Made by a program: the position numbers and the translations under genes. From positions 224,254,001-224,318,000 of the forward strand of contig OZ024741.1 of assembly GCA_964016885.1 (NCBI GenBank): a stretch of DNA of 64,000 bases, in the 5' to 3' direction. Origin of the DNA: Eledone cirrhosa (Eukaryota). This document shows positions 50,303-64,000 of this stretch, piece by piece. A model generated the notes under the pieces. The model saw only the letters and a list, made by a program, of their open reading frames with translations. It did no database searches and was not told the origin of the DNA. Numbering within the stretch: position 1 is the first letter of the stretch; each line of letters begins with the position of its first letter.

Positions 50303-53300
50303 AGGACTGGTTTTGGCTTGGTTTCTATGGCTGGATGCCCTTCCTAACACCAACCACATTTACAGTGTGGGCTGGAACATTAACTTTTAATGTCCTGTTC
50401 CACATGAAACCACACTAACAAAACAATCTTGAAAAATACAAAACAACACTGACTGCATCACATTAACAATTAAAGTCTTTAATTTAATACTACAAATTTT
50501 CACAGCAATCTGTCCAATTAGTAAACATTTGAATTAATACATCTGTTACTAAATTATTACAGGATGTTAAGATACACATTTTTCTGTGGTCTGGAACCCT
50601 GAATTGTTTTCCTTCATCTTAAGTTGCTAGTATGGTTTCACAATTTCTCACTCCACTAATTTATACCAATTGCACTGGGATCGATTTAATCGACTTTTCC
50701 CTCCCTCCAAAATTGCTAGCCTTGTGTCTATATAAGAAACCATTATTATGAAAACTTCCCTATGCAGGTGTCCTTCGTCTTGGCTTTGTAGTGTCAAATT
50801 TGATTTTTAGATTCAAGTGTAATAATATTTTTTCCTTATCTCAAAAATGAATCTTTATTGTATAACTTCTCTAGCTAAAGGTCCTTCGTTGGGTTATATG
50901 TATATACACACACACATACATACGTATGTATATGTGTGTGTGTATATAAATAAAGTCAGCAATATTCATTATAATATAATGAAACTATAACCTAAAAAAC
51001 TAAAAGAACATAGGTGCATGTACTTCCACACACAAGAATCTCTGATTATAGAAACACATCAAAGGTGGTTTTTCAGGCCTAATTACAGCTGTTCATTGCT
51101 TTCATGTGATTTAAACATTGTTTTTATATTGTTTTTACCAAATTATGAATTCTGTCAGCTGGCTATGTGTTTGATCCATCAAGTTTTCAATGAACCATTG
51201 TTGCTTCATGTTACTAAAATTTCTAAGATGTAAAACTATCAATATCCAGATTAATTTACATAGATTTTGCTGTCCTTTTTAATCATTTGCTATTTTTTTC
51301 ATATGTGCATGTACCCTCCTTATATTCTATTCCCCTATGTTGACAGTAGTTTCTTTCTTTGGAGGTCATCCTTTCATTTTCAGTGGAATAATGGTCTGCT
51401 GTTTTAATGCATGAGATCAAATTATTTATTTGCAGCAGTTGAACATCACTGAAACTGATAGCACTTAGTGCTCATAGCTGAACTCTTAATTTTCAGCTTT
51501 CCACTCTGTATCTAACTCAGATGCCCAATGTCATCTATTGAAAGTGTTTAGCCATCTGTAACCCTTTCATTACGAACCCACTTAAAACTCTGCATTTAAC
51601 CATATTTAAATCAGAATATAAATGTTACTAATAATTGTGGTAATGTGATTTCACTGTCTAAACACTGACCATCTGGCATTTTTAGGCCTGGATTTTCTAA
51701 TTTCTGAATTTTGGGGGAATAATTCTAACCTATCCACTATTTCTGCCCCTTTTTAAAGTATGTAAAATTATATACGTTTCAAATTTCATAATAGTGACTG
51801 ATTGTATAAGATTTAAATATAGGTTTTAAAAAAAATACTACAAGCAAAACACACGGGGGGACTTTGAACTGGATTTCTCAGTTTCTGGGTGTGTTAACAA
51901 TGTCAGACAGCAGTAATGAAACCAATGATTTCTATAAAAAGAATGGCGTGAAAACTTTACAAACCTTATTGAAGAAACAGCACCCAACCAGTTATCTTTA
52001 TGACTCAAGATCCAATAATTATTTCATTTTATTTATTCCAATTCAAGTGTTCTATATAACAATGTCAGAGATTAATCACTTCACAAAATATAAACAAAAG
52101 GCAAAGGAAGACAAACTGGAAAAAATTAAAGCATTTATGCCATAAATATAATGTGCATTATATAACATTAGCTAGTAACCTATATCACATTAGCTGACAG
52201 GCTGAGGTCATTCTGAGGTGGGGGATATTTAGAACAAAATGTTAATAAATTTATTTCTAGTTTAAATTTGACCTGTACTTACCTGTAATTAGAGTGCTTT
52301 TGAGACAAATTCCATAAGTTGTAATACAGTCTGAATTTGGTTATTTAACTGAAATACATGTAGGGGTATATTTTAGTCAGAAATATCTTTAATAAAAGAT
52401 TAGGAATTGAAATACGAAACAATCATTGAGATTATCCTTTGTCAATTTAAAAAAAAAAAAAATATTCCTCTATTACAATATTTATGTGTAACAAACATTA
52501 CTCTTGCCAAAAACTCTTTTCTTATATTTTTTACTGGTGTATCTCGAAAACAACCTGCTTATTTAATGCTGATTTAATTTTCACATTTTCACTTATATTT
52601 TAACTATGTATTATTCCTTGTATTTCATGTTTAAACCAATGTCTATCCTCCTGTTGTTTTCAGTTTTGCTTTCACTGCTTATATAAATTGTTCCTTTCCC
52701 ATTTAATACTTTAGTTGGCTGTTGCTGAACTTTCTCTTCTATTTGTTTCTTTTACTTAGGATTTTGTTAAAAAAAACATTTTTTTTTCTTATCCCTTCTA
52801 ACTGTAACCCTAATTTCTGATTTGGCTTCATTAGATCCAATATTCATTTTTATTCATTCACTCATTCATAGCTAAACTACTCATTATATTTGATCTAATT
52901 TACACTCTCCCTGTTTCATAGTTTTTTTTAAATAATTCTTTAAGATTAAAAAAATAAAATAGAAAGAAACCATTTTAATGGGAGAAGGAACTGTAACATC
53001 TGACATGATTCTGAATTCATTAAAGTGATATAGAAATTTATTTATATGAGAGCTTTTTAAAACTTGATCAGAAGAAATTCTGATTTAAATGATCTGTTTT
53101 GGTTGAGTAGATTAAATGTATAAGCTACATGTGTATGTGGTGATGAGGGTGGTGGGGACAGGTTTTAGTGTACTTCAATATTGAAGTTAACATTTGATAA
53201 TTGAGTTTCAATTTATAGCCTGCCCATTAATTCTTTATGAGTGCAATATAATTTGTCTGTAATCAACATAAACTACATTATTGACCAGCAGACGATATTA

Positions 53301-53638
53301 CCCTCAATATTAAACCCAAATAGGAGCTTTTGTCTAAGATTTTCTTGTTTAGTTTAGACAAAAATGCTGAACATTGGAGAACCTCTGAAAATCTAAAGTG
53401 GATTGTTATTAGCTAAAGATCCAAATATTTGCATAAAAAGCCGTTGTAATCAATTTAGCAAAGCAGTGTCTACCAACGTTACATTTCTACTGCTATCTGA
53501 AGTGTTGATGGATGGGAACAGTTTCAACTCATACTTTACTTTGTTGCTCATGGAAACTCCCAATATTCAGATTCAAACAAAGGATTTTGATTTCGGTTTC
53601 TCTTTTTTTCTTATTTTTTTCCTCCCCTGCTGAACTAG

Positions 53639-53746
53639 GCTACCCTAATCAGCCTAACTCCTACCCCGAAAAGCCTGGCTCTGCTCCTGTGATGTATCCA
53701 CAATACAGGGAGGCTATGATTCCACCGCAGGACAGCCCCATGCACG
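53639..53746 (+). CDS. ARID1: ARID1/osa exon, 108 nt (GYPNQPNSYPEKPGSAPVMYPQYREAMIPPQDSPMH)
   Basis: Long polypyrimidine tract plus ctag acceptor, CACG|gtaagc donor, phase 1-1. Confidence 0.82.
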
Positions 53747-55233
53747 GTAAGCTTTAAAGCCAGTAGTAACCAGCAGTCTTTTTTCAACTGTCTTAGAGCA
53801 AAATCTTAAGGAGAGCCATCTTGTATTTCAGTGTTATAAGGTTAGACCGTACAACTGAAATTCTCCAGAATATTCTAGGTTTGCCTTTCATTCTTTTTGT
53901 ATCAGAATGAACACAACTTTTAACCCTTTTCACTCTAACTATACAGAGTAAATACTGCAAATAAATGTTTCTATCTACTTCTAAATATGTTATCAATGAA
54001 TATTTTTTCTAAGTCACAATAGTTAATAATTAACAAGAATCCCTGCTTTATATTCCAATAAACATTACAGTTGGCTCAATAACAATATATTTTTTAATAG
54101 AGTACTATTAATGTTTCTATCACAAATCAAATGTTCCTTATATATGTGCACTTAATTTTTGATAATTTCTCTAACACAACACTTTATTTTATTCCTCTAA
54201 ACTCTCAATCATTAGATGTATAAGGAGCAGCTGGACTGTTGCATTCACTGTTGATAATCACTGTCAACTACTGATCTATTACACTTTATTGGTGGCCAAC
54301 CTAGTATTTGATTGTGATTGTGAAGGTGTAGAGGTACACTTATAAAATTAGGATCATTGTTTAAGTTATGTCTTTTGTGTTTTAACCCTATACTGTGCCC
54401 TCATCAGTGTAATTAAGGATCCTGTTCCTTTTAATAGATGGTTTGTCTTTCCTATTGCACTGGCTAAAGTATTGTGTTAGCAACAGCAATGTTATGGGGT
54501 GTAGCTACTCATTAATCCTTTTGATACCAAACTGCCTGAAACTGTTTGTTTCTACAATACTAAGCTGTTTATTTTAAAGTATTTATATGTACCTAAAAAC
54601 CTTTTTTTTAAGAAGTTTTATGTTCCAAATACCAGCTGAATGAGAAAGTTAGTTATATTACTAAATCTCTCCTAATTCTTGATTATTTTCAAAATAATTT
54701 GAAGATTATCAGCAATGTATTTTTGTAGAAATATGGAAATGAAAGGTTTAATGTTCTCTACATGAATCATGCAGCAAATGTATTTTAATGTAGGACCAAT
54801 TTTGAAATATCTTTTTCTGTCATATAAGTGACTGGTAGGATGGTACAGTACTCACACTGAACTGAAAGGTTTTACTTCTATTTGTGTTGGTTGTTGCATC
54901 ACAGCTATCCAATGTTTCTATGATACCACAGCTAGCAGATGAAAAATTTCACCAGTTGATAAAATGGAATATAGTGTGTTATGTCTGTTTGCCATCTAGC
55001 TTGTTTATACAAGACAGAAATGTCTGCTAGTGACTACAATAAAGACAGTTGAAATGTGAGTTGAAGTGGTACTGGCAAATATTTCCAATTCTGAAGTTGA
55101 TGTGAGTGGGGCAAATCATGTATTTTTGTTGTTTTACATTTGACATGATGGCATGTCTTGATTAGAGAAGTTTATATATTTCCTTGATGTATTTATATCA
55201 TGCTTGTTTCATTTTCATTTGCTGCTGCTGCTG

Positions 55234-55284
<51 letters not shown>

Positions 55285-57874
55285 GACCACTATATGTGAC
55301 TATCATGTTTATTGGGAAGTAAGTAGCTTTATAATCAGTCAAGTGTTTCACTTCTGTTAGTTTTCTTTTGACAACTGATTCTCTTTGTGAACACATCAGC
55401 TGACAAAATTCTTTGTCATTTGTTATCAGAAGCATTTTTCTGTGAAGGATTTTTTTTTCTTCTATTTCTTTTTAATGATCATATTTAATGCCAGTGAGTA
55501 ATTGTACTGCAGTTGCTATCTTTGTTATTGGGATACTTAAGCTGAAATGTTTGTGAAGAATGCGTTACACTTAAAAACACACAACTGTGGTGGGAACAAC
55601 TGTAGATTGTCCACTGTATTGGGTTACATAAAACTTCTGTTCAGTGTGTTAGGTGTCAAAAGGAACAAATTAATAATTTATATCTAAACAATATTATTTA
55701 GATGTTAGATTTCAATCAACTAAACTGTATTTTCGTCTTGTCAGGAATTCTCAACAAAATCAATAACTATTCATGTTTAGTAATTGTAACAATGTCAACA
55801 CTAACAATGTGAAATTGGTTTTGGTGCTAATCTTCCAGTACATTTTGCATTGAAAACTTCTCAAGTTTGCTTGATTTTGGACTATTGAAAAACTTTTATT
55901 TTATTCTCTTCACCTTTCACTCAAATATTTTGGATACCACCACCATTCCCATTAGAATATATACCATTATTTCAAGTTAAGTCATTCTTATGGGGAGAAA
56001 ATAGCAAAATTTGTTTTGTTATATATTCTCTCTCTCTCTTTTTCTCTCTCTCTATCTATTTCCCTCTCTTTTCTCTCCCACTTTCTAATATATTTTGCCT
56101 TTATATTTGCTTTCTTTTTTTTTGTGTTCTCTTGCATATTTTCATTTTTTTATCCATATTTTTTGTTTTGTTTTCACCAATTAAAAAAAAAACCCAAACA
56201 ACAACCCAAACAATTTCATATGCTTACATTTTGGCTACAATTTTAGATTTATATTCTAAACCAAATTCTAGTGGCCAATTTCAGTTAGATGTTCATGGTG
56301 GTTAGTCCTAAGGGACAGCAGTGCTCCAGCATGTCCATCACTGTATGGGCTATACCAAAGAACTGCAGTGCATCAGTGTGAATATCTACTGTAAGGTCTA
56401 TACATGTTGGGAATCTTTGAACCAAAGTGATTTGGATTTCGGAATATTTGTGTACTTTATATACAGCATCTATAAAATGGGTCAGCTTGGAGATGGAGCT
56501 CAAGCCCTAAACATTAAATATTTCATAATACAGATTATACATATACCCTGAAGGTAATTTCATTCCATAGTCCTTTATGGAATTTTCTATTCATGGTGAG
56601 TCATGTCAACAACTAGAAAAACTTCCTGCTTTTGGAATTTTTTTATAAGGGATTCCTAAGCTGTACTGAAGAATTGTAGTACAGTGCATTACTCAACTTA
56701 CTCTCGGGTCTCAAATAGCCCCCTCCCAATAATAGTAATTATATTTTGCTTATCTATCTCCAGCGAAATTTTATTTTAAGTGGTAGCATTCTTTCGACAA
56801 TTTTCTTTATACTTTAAAAAACATTATACATGACAAAAAAAAAAGTACATTACTAAAAATCCCATACGTTATAAAATAAATAGTATAAGTTGGGGCCTCA
56901 ATATGCAAACTAACGGCTAATTTGGGACCTGAGAGTAGGTATATCAGAGAACATGAAAGCTTAACTTGAAATGGCTTTTATTGAAATATGAAGAAATATT
57001 CTATTCAATATTAAATAGAAAATAATGCTTCACATCATTTCTCAAATATATTAATTTTAAATTTGGTGGCTACCAGTAGTGTTTTTATGTATATAGTTTT
57101 TTTCCTCCTTGCCTTTCTCTCTTTTTATCATGTCATTTGTTCTGAAAAGAGGAATTTATTATTATATGCTGATTTATTGGAGCTATTGACTTCATCTTGG
57201 TGTTTCAGTTGTTATACCATCCATTCAGCTTTTTTCGGGTGACTGATGTATTCGGTAATGTTCTGAAGTTTGAAACTAAACATTTTATTGAAGCTACTGT
57301 AACAGATTATTTCATTTACTTACTACCACTGTGGTTTGAATAGATGGTTCAGATTCTGTGAACATTACTGAATACAACAGACACCTGAAAAAGGCTGGAT
57401 GGTACAGCAGCTGAAACATTGTGACTATATAACAACCAAGATGATGACACTAGTCCAGATAAACAGGTTTATAATGAGAATTCTATTATGTATGTATATA
57501 TGCATGTATTGACCAATAGTAACAGCACAAAACAGTTCAGAGTGGTAGAGTGGACAAAGCAGCAGGGGTTGTGACAACCTTTCTTCGACTGATTCAAGCT
57601 GTTACCATTGACCACTAGATTCACTCATACATAAGACACTACTACTCAGCTAAATTTTTCATGTAGAAAGTGTATATACATTGTGTTATGCAATCTACCA
57701 CTTAACTCTACAGATATAAGTTGTTAGGTTTGTTATACATCATCATCATGTAAAATAAAATCTCTATATTATGCATGTTGATATAATTAAACTTTTTCTT
57801 TTCTTTTTTTGTGTCAAGCAATTCCACTCAATTGTATTGCATAATTTTGTTTTCCCTTCCTAATTATTTCATAG

Positions 57875-58095
57875 ATTCACGAAGGGATCCTAGCCAATGG
57901 TCAGCTATGCAGCAGCGCTATGGGTCTCAACACAGTGGATCCAACTATCCTGGCTCCAGTATGAATGCCATGCCTCCTGGTTCTGGAATGCTTCCTCCAA
58001 TGGTTCCCCCCAGCCCGAGCAGCACAGGTAGGACTATGAACCCCAGGCTGTCTCCACAAAGGGATAAACCATATATGTCACCTCCTAGGGTACAG
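57875..58095 (+). CDS. ARID1: ARID1/osa exon, 221 nt (DSRRDPSQWSAMQQRYG...DKPYMSPPRVQ)
   Basis: tttcatag acceptor, CAG|gtgagt donor, phase 1-0. Confidence 0.86.
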
Positions 58096-60150
58096 GTGAG
58101 TGCAGTGTGGCTATTAGAGCGATGATCCACAGGAAAGAATAACTTGTTTTGTTTTGGAAGTTTTAGCATGTGTGGCTGGTGGTGATGGCGGTGAAGGTCA
58201 ACTAGCATGAATCACTTATTAACCAATACCCAATTTTCACTAGTCATTTGTGCATTTGAAACCTGTTTTGCAATGGAATCTGGCATCTGTCCCTCTACTG
58301 TTAGCTTATGCTCAAATGGTGGCACATTCCTTGCTCATAACATCTATCAATTTACCCTTATAGTTCCAATATTTCTGCTGCTTCATAAACTGACTTAGTC
58401 ATCATTGACAACATTCAGAATGAGTTTATCACCTTAACCAACTTGGCTTAAAAACCAGTATTTATTCACAATATTCCTCAACGTGGCATTCCTTTTTTTC
58501 TTCTCCTCTCTTTAAATTGTTATGAACATGAATAGTAGGTAGATTTAATGCTTCATACTAGATTCCTTTTTCAATTTTTTTTTTCACCTATTAAAAAAAG
58601 CCTGTTTTTCATTGAGTTTGTCTTCCTATTTGCACCATTTTAAAGCCTCATTTTCAGAATTTGTGGGATGTTGCATGCAGGCATGTGTTGTGCATGGATG
58701 ATGATTAATGATTTCTAGATTAGGTTTAGTTACTATTATGTGCGTGTGTATGTGTTTATTTGCGTATGTGTACATCTGTGTATGCAATAGATAGATATTG
58801 TATGTGTGTATGCAATAGATAGATATTGTATGATTTGAAACCTTTTTTTTATACGTACAATTTAGAATAAAGAGCCAATAACAGCACCAGATACTTCAAT
58901 CTTTCTTGCTGGAGTATACCTGATCCGAGAACACAACATTTGTCTTTGACAACATGGACCAACCTGGTTGTGCCTTCATGGAATCAGTGGAGTAAACTGA
59001 AATGGTGTGTGTTAAGTTAGAACTTAAATTATGGATATCCCTGACTCAGATACTGAGGGATATCCTTCAGTATCTGAGTCAGGAATATCTGCATGAATGT
59101 TTAAGTAGTGTTAAATGTATAGATGTATTGTTAGTATTGGGGCTACATAGTATTGTCACACTTTCAATGGACGGGCTGTTAGTTTGCAATGAATATTATT
59201 TCAATGGACATTAAACGATGATGATGATGATTTCCTTGTCTTCAGTTTACATTACTGTTTGGATTCATTGCTATAGCTGCTGCTGCTGCTGCTACTACTA
59301 GTAGTAGTAGTAGTTAGTATATAATATAAATCTCATGGCATAAAATTTCATTTTCCTATGGAATTAAATTTCTTTAATGAAAATTAGTTTGACATAGTTT
59401 CTAGTTCTATCTCCGTTTGATTGAACATATTTTGAATGATCCCAATGGATTGTATGAAATGTGCCTTTTTCTTTTGCTTTCTCGGCTACTCATTACAGTG
59501 GCTTCTTGCATGCACTGTCTGTCTTCTGTAAAACTACCTCATACATCTCACCAAGTCTGCTTCTGAAGTATGTCCTCAATCACTTGCTCACTGACCCACC
59601 CAGCAAATTAATTTCACTAGCTTATACACTTCATTATCAAAATGTATAGCCGTGCTGTTTGTTTTCTTGGAATGTGGTGAATATTTGTTATAAATATGTA
59701 TATATAAATATATATATATATACACCCATTCATTGCAATTTCTCTTCCTTAAAGCCTGCTAGATCCTGGTTGTGTGTATGATATTTGCGTTTTTCTTCAT
59801 TTTAAAATCTTTTTTTACTTATGAAACAACATTTTTCAATTTAAAATAATTCAAAACTGAAAATTAACCAACAAAATGCAAACCTTATTTAAAATATATT
59901 AAAGCATTTGCTCAAGTTAAAAAGAAAAATATCATAAATCTATTTTTGGATTATTTTCCTCCTCCTTTCTGGTACAAAGCTGATTTTAAAGCAAATTTTC
60001 CTTATCTTGAATTGAGAAATCTGTTTAACGATGAAAAAGTCAAATGTACTTTTGGGATGATATCAATGAAGATGTAAAATGAAATTTAATTGTACTTCAC
60101 TTCAGTGCTGTATTGATAATTCTACTATAGTTGCCAAGACTTTCATTGAT

Positions 60151-60193
<43 letters not shown>

Positions 60194-61870
60194 TATGATG
60201 TTATGATCAGTTTCTGTAAATAGTAAAAACTTTCAATTGATTTGTAAATGTTCATTAGGCCATTTAAGTATACTTTAATTAATATAATAACTTTATAATT
60301 AATCCTTTTAAGCAATTATTAATATAATACTACTAATGATTTTGATATTGAAAAATAATCATTCTAATTACAATGAGGAGACTTAATCAGATTTGTTCTA
60401 ATTGACTTTCTTTTTGTTAAATGAAGAATCTTGTATCTTCAATTATCATTAATTCATTTGAAATTAACGACTTTCTTCGTTATTGCCTTCAGAATTCTGA
60501 TTTTCATCCTATCAATTTAAGTTGAGTAAAAGAGAGATTATTAATCTGGTTCCATGAAGAGAAAGGAGAGGGAGAGGAAGAGGATATGTTAACCATTGTT
60601 TTAATCTGTTTCTTTGCTGCTCCTTTCCTTGGGCAAATTCATTTGAAGTCAATTAGAGCAAATACATTTTGTCAGTTCATGAAAAAAGCTATGCCTATGA
60701 CATAAAGGTTAACACTAATCATCTTTTTCAAAGATGTTTTCACTTAAAGATCAATTATCTGGTCATTGCAAGCAACCTAGATACATTTCTGAATTCCAAA
60801 CATATCTGTATACTTTGCTTTTCATCCTGTCCTTTTTCTTTCTTTTCTTCTTTCTTTCATCTATCACTAAAACTGAATTATGCCAGCATTTCCTCCCTTG
60901 CTTTTATAAAAAAAAAAAAAGACGTTTTTATTCAGTTTCAAAAATTCACTTTTTAACTTATTGAAGAATCTGCAAGAGATATGTGAAAGCAAGGCTATGC
61001 ATAAGTCATTCTATTTCTTCTCTCTTCCTTTATGCAGCGCAAGGATCTCTCTACTGTTCAACATCTTTGCTAGCTAGTCTATCTGAAATGTGGTGTGCTT
61101 GTGAATAATGTGAGAGGAAAAGGATATTTAAAAAAACAACAAAAAAACTTATCAAGAGCAAATATTGCGCATGATATAACCTTTCTTTTTTCTTTTATTT
61201 CTTTCTATTTTTTCTTTTACTTTTTTTTTCTTTGAACAATTCATTTTTGCTTGTTTATTTCAGGATTTGTGTGACTGCTTAACTGCTGTTTCTGGCATCA
61301 ATGAAACACTTTATCTAATTGTCATAAATTTAATAAAAAAAAAATAAAAGACAAAGCAAAACAAAAAAAAAAGCAAACACAATTCAAAAACACCACAAAA
61401 CATATTTCAACACATACATGTGCACGTGTGTGTGTATTAAATATGTTTGCTTAATATGTATATATCGTGAACTTGTGCCCTCATTGTGACATGAATGAGA
61501 ATTCAAAAAAATTGCCTGCTTATTCTGTCTTCATTATATCTTCTCTTCTTTCCATTGCTTCAATATTAAGGATTCCTTTTTCTTCCTTTTTCTTTTTAAG
61601 TAGACAATTATGTTTTAATTATAAATGAATAAACATGTATTGATGTATCACGGCTTTAGCACTTTGCCTATTGCAAAAAGTATCAGTCCTCTCCACTGGA
61701 TATACATACATATATCTATGTGTGTATATATATATCTGTGTGTGTTTGTGTATACACATATGTATGTGTAATATGTATGAATGTACCTACGTGTGTATGT
61801 AATATGTATGAATTTATGTGTGTGTGTATATATGTATGTATGTGTGTATGTGTGTGTGTATATATGTATA

Positions 61871-61916
<46 letters not shown>

Positions 61917-62780
61917 GTAACTACTTTTGATTTATTTAATGTTACTTTCTGTATACCCTGCTCCTCTTCTATCCCCGAAATGTCTACCTTTAGTGAAGTC
62001 TATGAAATAGGTTGGTGTTTTTATATTTGAACTCAGATCAATCTTTTAAAAAAACTTGAATTTCTGCATGAATGCATGAAAATATTGATTGAATTTGAGT
62101 GTCTTTTATGTAATCTGAATTATTCTGATGGCATTTTAAATAATTTACCAACCGGTTGGTAAGTCGTTTTCATGGCAGATCATCATTCATTATAATATTT
62201 ACCGATTTGTCAGGATTATTGTATAATTATTCTCTTCCGAAATCATTTTCCATTTAAACATTAGAAATGCTTAGATGTAATCATATCAAGCACACATTTA
62301 CAATGCTTTCAATGCTGTATATATGGCTGTTATTCTTATTGTATCTAGCCTTGTTATAAGTTTTTTTTTTTCTTAAAATCACTTTTTAACTAGACAATAT
62401 TTTCTTTCCCCTCTCAAAGTTATAAATTTCAAAATTTTCAACACCTAGTATTAGCACCTTTTTTTTCAAAATCTTCCCTATTTTGCTAGCTCCAATATTT
62501 TGTCTGTCGTTTTTTCACTTTTATATTCTTCCTTTTTTTTTCTTTCTTTCAAGAGCTCTTAATTTTACCTTGATTAAACTTTTTCATTAATTCTTGACAA
62601 TATAAAGTACATGATGGAAATCACAATCCAGTACATAGGAATATATATTTTTAATTGCAGTATTTCCTCCCTCCCTCCAGCTCTAAGAACACTAAAAGCT
62701 GGCTGACTCACCCTGCTATTCTGTGTTTCAGTGAAATGGTCATATTTCTATAATCATCTGAACGAGAAATGATTTACAAT

Positions 62781-62811
<31 letters not shown>

Positions 62812-63269
62812 CAGTTAATTGAATTGTTCATTTTATCTGCAGGTGGTTTTTGTCTCAGAAAGAAGCTGCAGATAATAATTCTATTGTGGTTATACATATT
62901 CTTTATAGAATATCATTACCTACCCCCTTTCCTTCTTAAATGTTTTCAGAGCTTGTCTTTTGTTGTTTTAATGATTATAGAGGAGATTAAAAGTATTGTA
63001 ATATATATCATCTTATTTATTATGATCTTGAATATTATCTTATAGACATATTCAAATTCTATGTTCTTCACACAGTTTGGAATTATGTGTTTTGAGCCTG
63101 ATCTTCTGCCATCTCCATAATTGTTTTGGCCAACATTTTTTAAACTGGAAAATAATTGTATGTTATTCTGGTCGAAACCAGTTGTTAGTGTATCTCATGA
63201 AGAGCATTTGATTCAAATGATAGCTGCCTAATCTGCAGATAACTAGAATATTTAATACTAAGTTGTGTG

Positions 63270-63310
<41 letters not shown>

Positions 63311-63518
63311 CCCTTTAGCATTTAAACCGGCCATATCCGACCAAATTTCTTTCACCTCTTTCTGTTCAAGCTAGCCATAACTGGCCCCTCATACGGATTT
63401 TAAGGTATTGTTCTCAAAATAAATAGTATCAAAATCTCATAGATTTGATATTATGTGAGATAGATCCTTTACTGCAAAAATACAATAGCAAATATAAAGT
63501 AATGTAAATGCTAAAGGG
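63311..63518 (+). mobile_element. piggyBac-type MITE, 208 bp (family A), with perfect 14-bp TIRs
   Basis: TTAA|CCCTTTAGCATTTA...TAAATGCTAAAGGG|TTAA. Confidence 0.85.
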
Positions 63519-63805
63519 TTAAATTGTGCACTGAGCACTTGAAGTATACTATAAATTCAAATCTGTACTGAAACAGTACAGGATATTACTAGAGCCACGA
63601 GAAATGTGTCTCTAAATACCCACACATTTTATATATGTGTAAACATGTAAGTTTATTTTATTTTGCCTTAGATTGAAAAACGATAAAGCCATTCAGCTTT
63701 TATCCTATACATAAAATGTGTGTGTGTTGCATATACATTTCTTGTAGCTTTGATTAAGTATCGAGTACTCTGTCTAACCAGTTTCAAACTTAATCCATCC
63801 TAATT

Positions 63806-63806
63806 T

Positions 63807-63861
<55 letters not shown>

Positions 63862-63876
63862 GTAGGTGTGTGTGTG

Positions 63877-63915
<39 letters not shown>

Positions 63916-63925
63916 GTATAATATA
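63806..63925. repeat. (TA)n/(TG)n/(CA)n compound microsatellite; similar tracts at about 48340-48492, 60153-60190 and 61700-61913
   Basis: Seen directly. Confidence 0.9.
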
Positions 63926-64000
63926 TAAATAAAGAATTCTATAATTAAACACACCATAGGTCAGTTTTCACTTTTATAAATTAACTTTTAGGTCTGCAGT

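Larger units (their letters stand above)
8681..58095 (+). other. ARID1: Partial ARID1/osa (BAF250) gene: 12 internal coding exons, about 1307 codons; both ends lie outside the window
   Basis: Exon chain with GT-AG sites and matching phases (0,1,1,1,1,0,0,0,1,2,1,1,0). It contains an ARID1-type ARID domain and osa-like motifs (TPSPAGSAGSRS, MPPRPPS, HPPTP, RAPSPAGS). Confidence 0.92.

Noticed and set aside
62820-62880. ttttatctgcag|gtgg as the next ARID1 exon
   Set aside because: The required phase-0 frame stops after 10 codons (VVFVSERSCR*) and has no ARID1-like sequence

Overview
AT-rich, intron-rich animal genomic DNA. The SINE, RTE and piggyBac content and dense microsatellites look like an octopus (coleoid cephalopod); this is inferred from repeat families, not proven. 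The window lies inside one + strand gene, an ARID1/osa (BAF250) SWI/SNF subunit. I traced 12 consecutive internal coding exons from 8681 to 58095 with GT-AG boundaries and matching phases, totalling 3921 nt or about 1307 codons, including the ARID domain at 29147-30033. The start codon and the C-terminal BAF250_C region are outside the window. The introns hold decayed RTE, CR1/L2 and Hero-type LINEs, a Tc1/mariner relic, two piggyBac relics, two TTAA-flanked MITE families, a Helentron/DINE-like element and tRNA-derived SINEs. Most short ORFs in the track are noise. I found no clear new protein-coding system. The best leads are RNA-level: an ARID exon that regenerates a 5' splice site after splicing, candidate micro- and poison exons upstream of the ARID, long intronic hairpins, and young inverted SINE pairs that could be ADAR substrates. 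All of these need transcript data.
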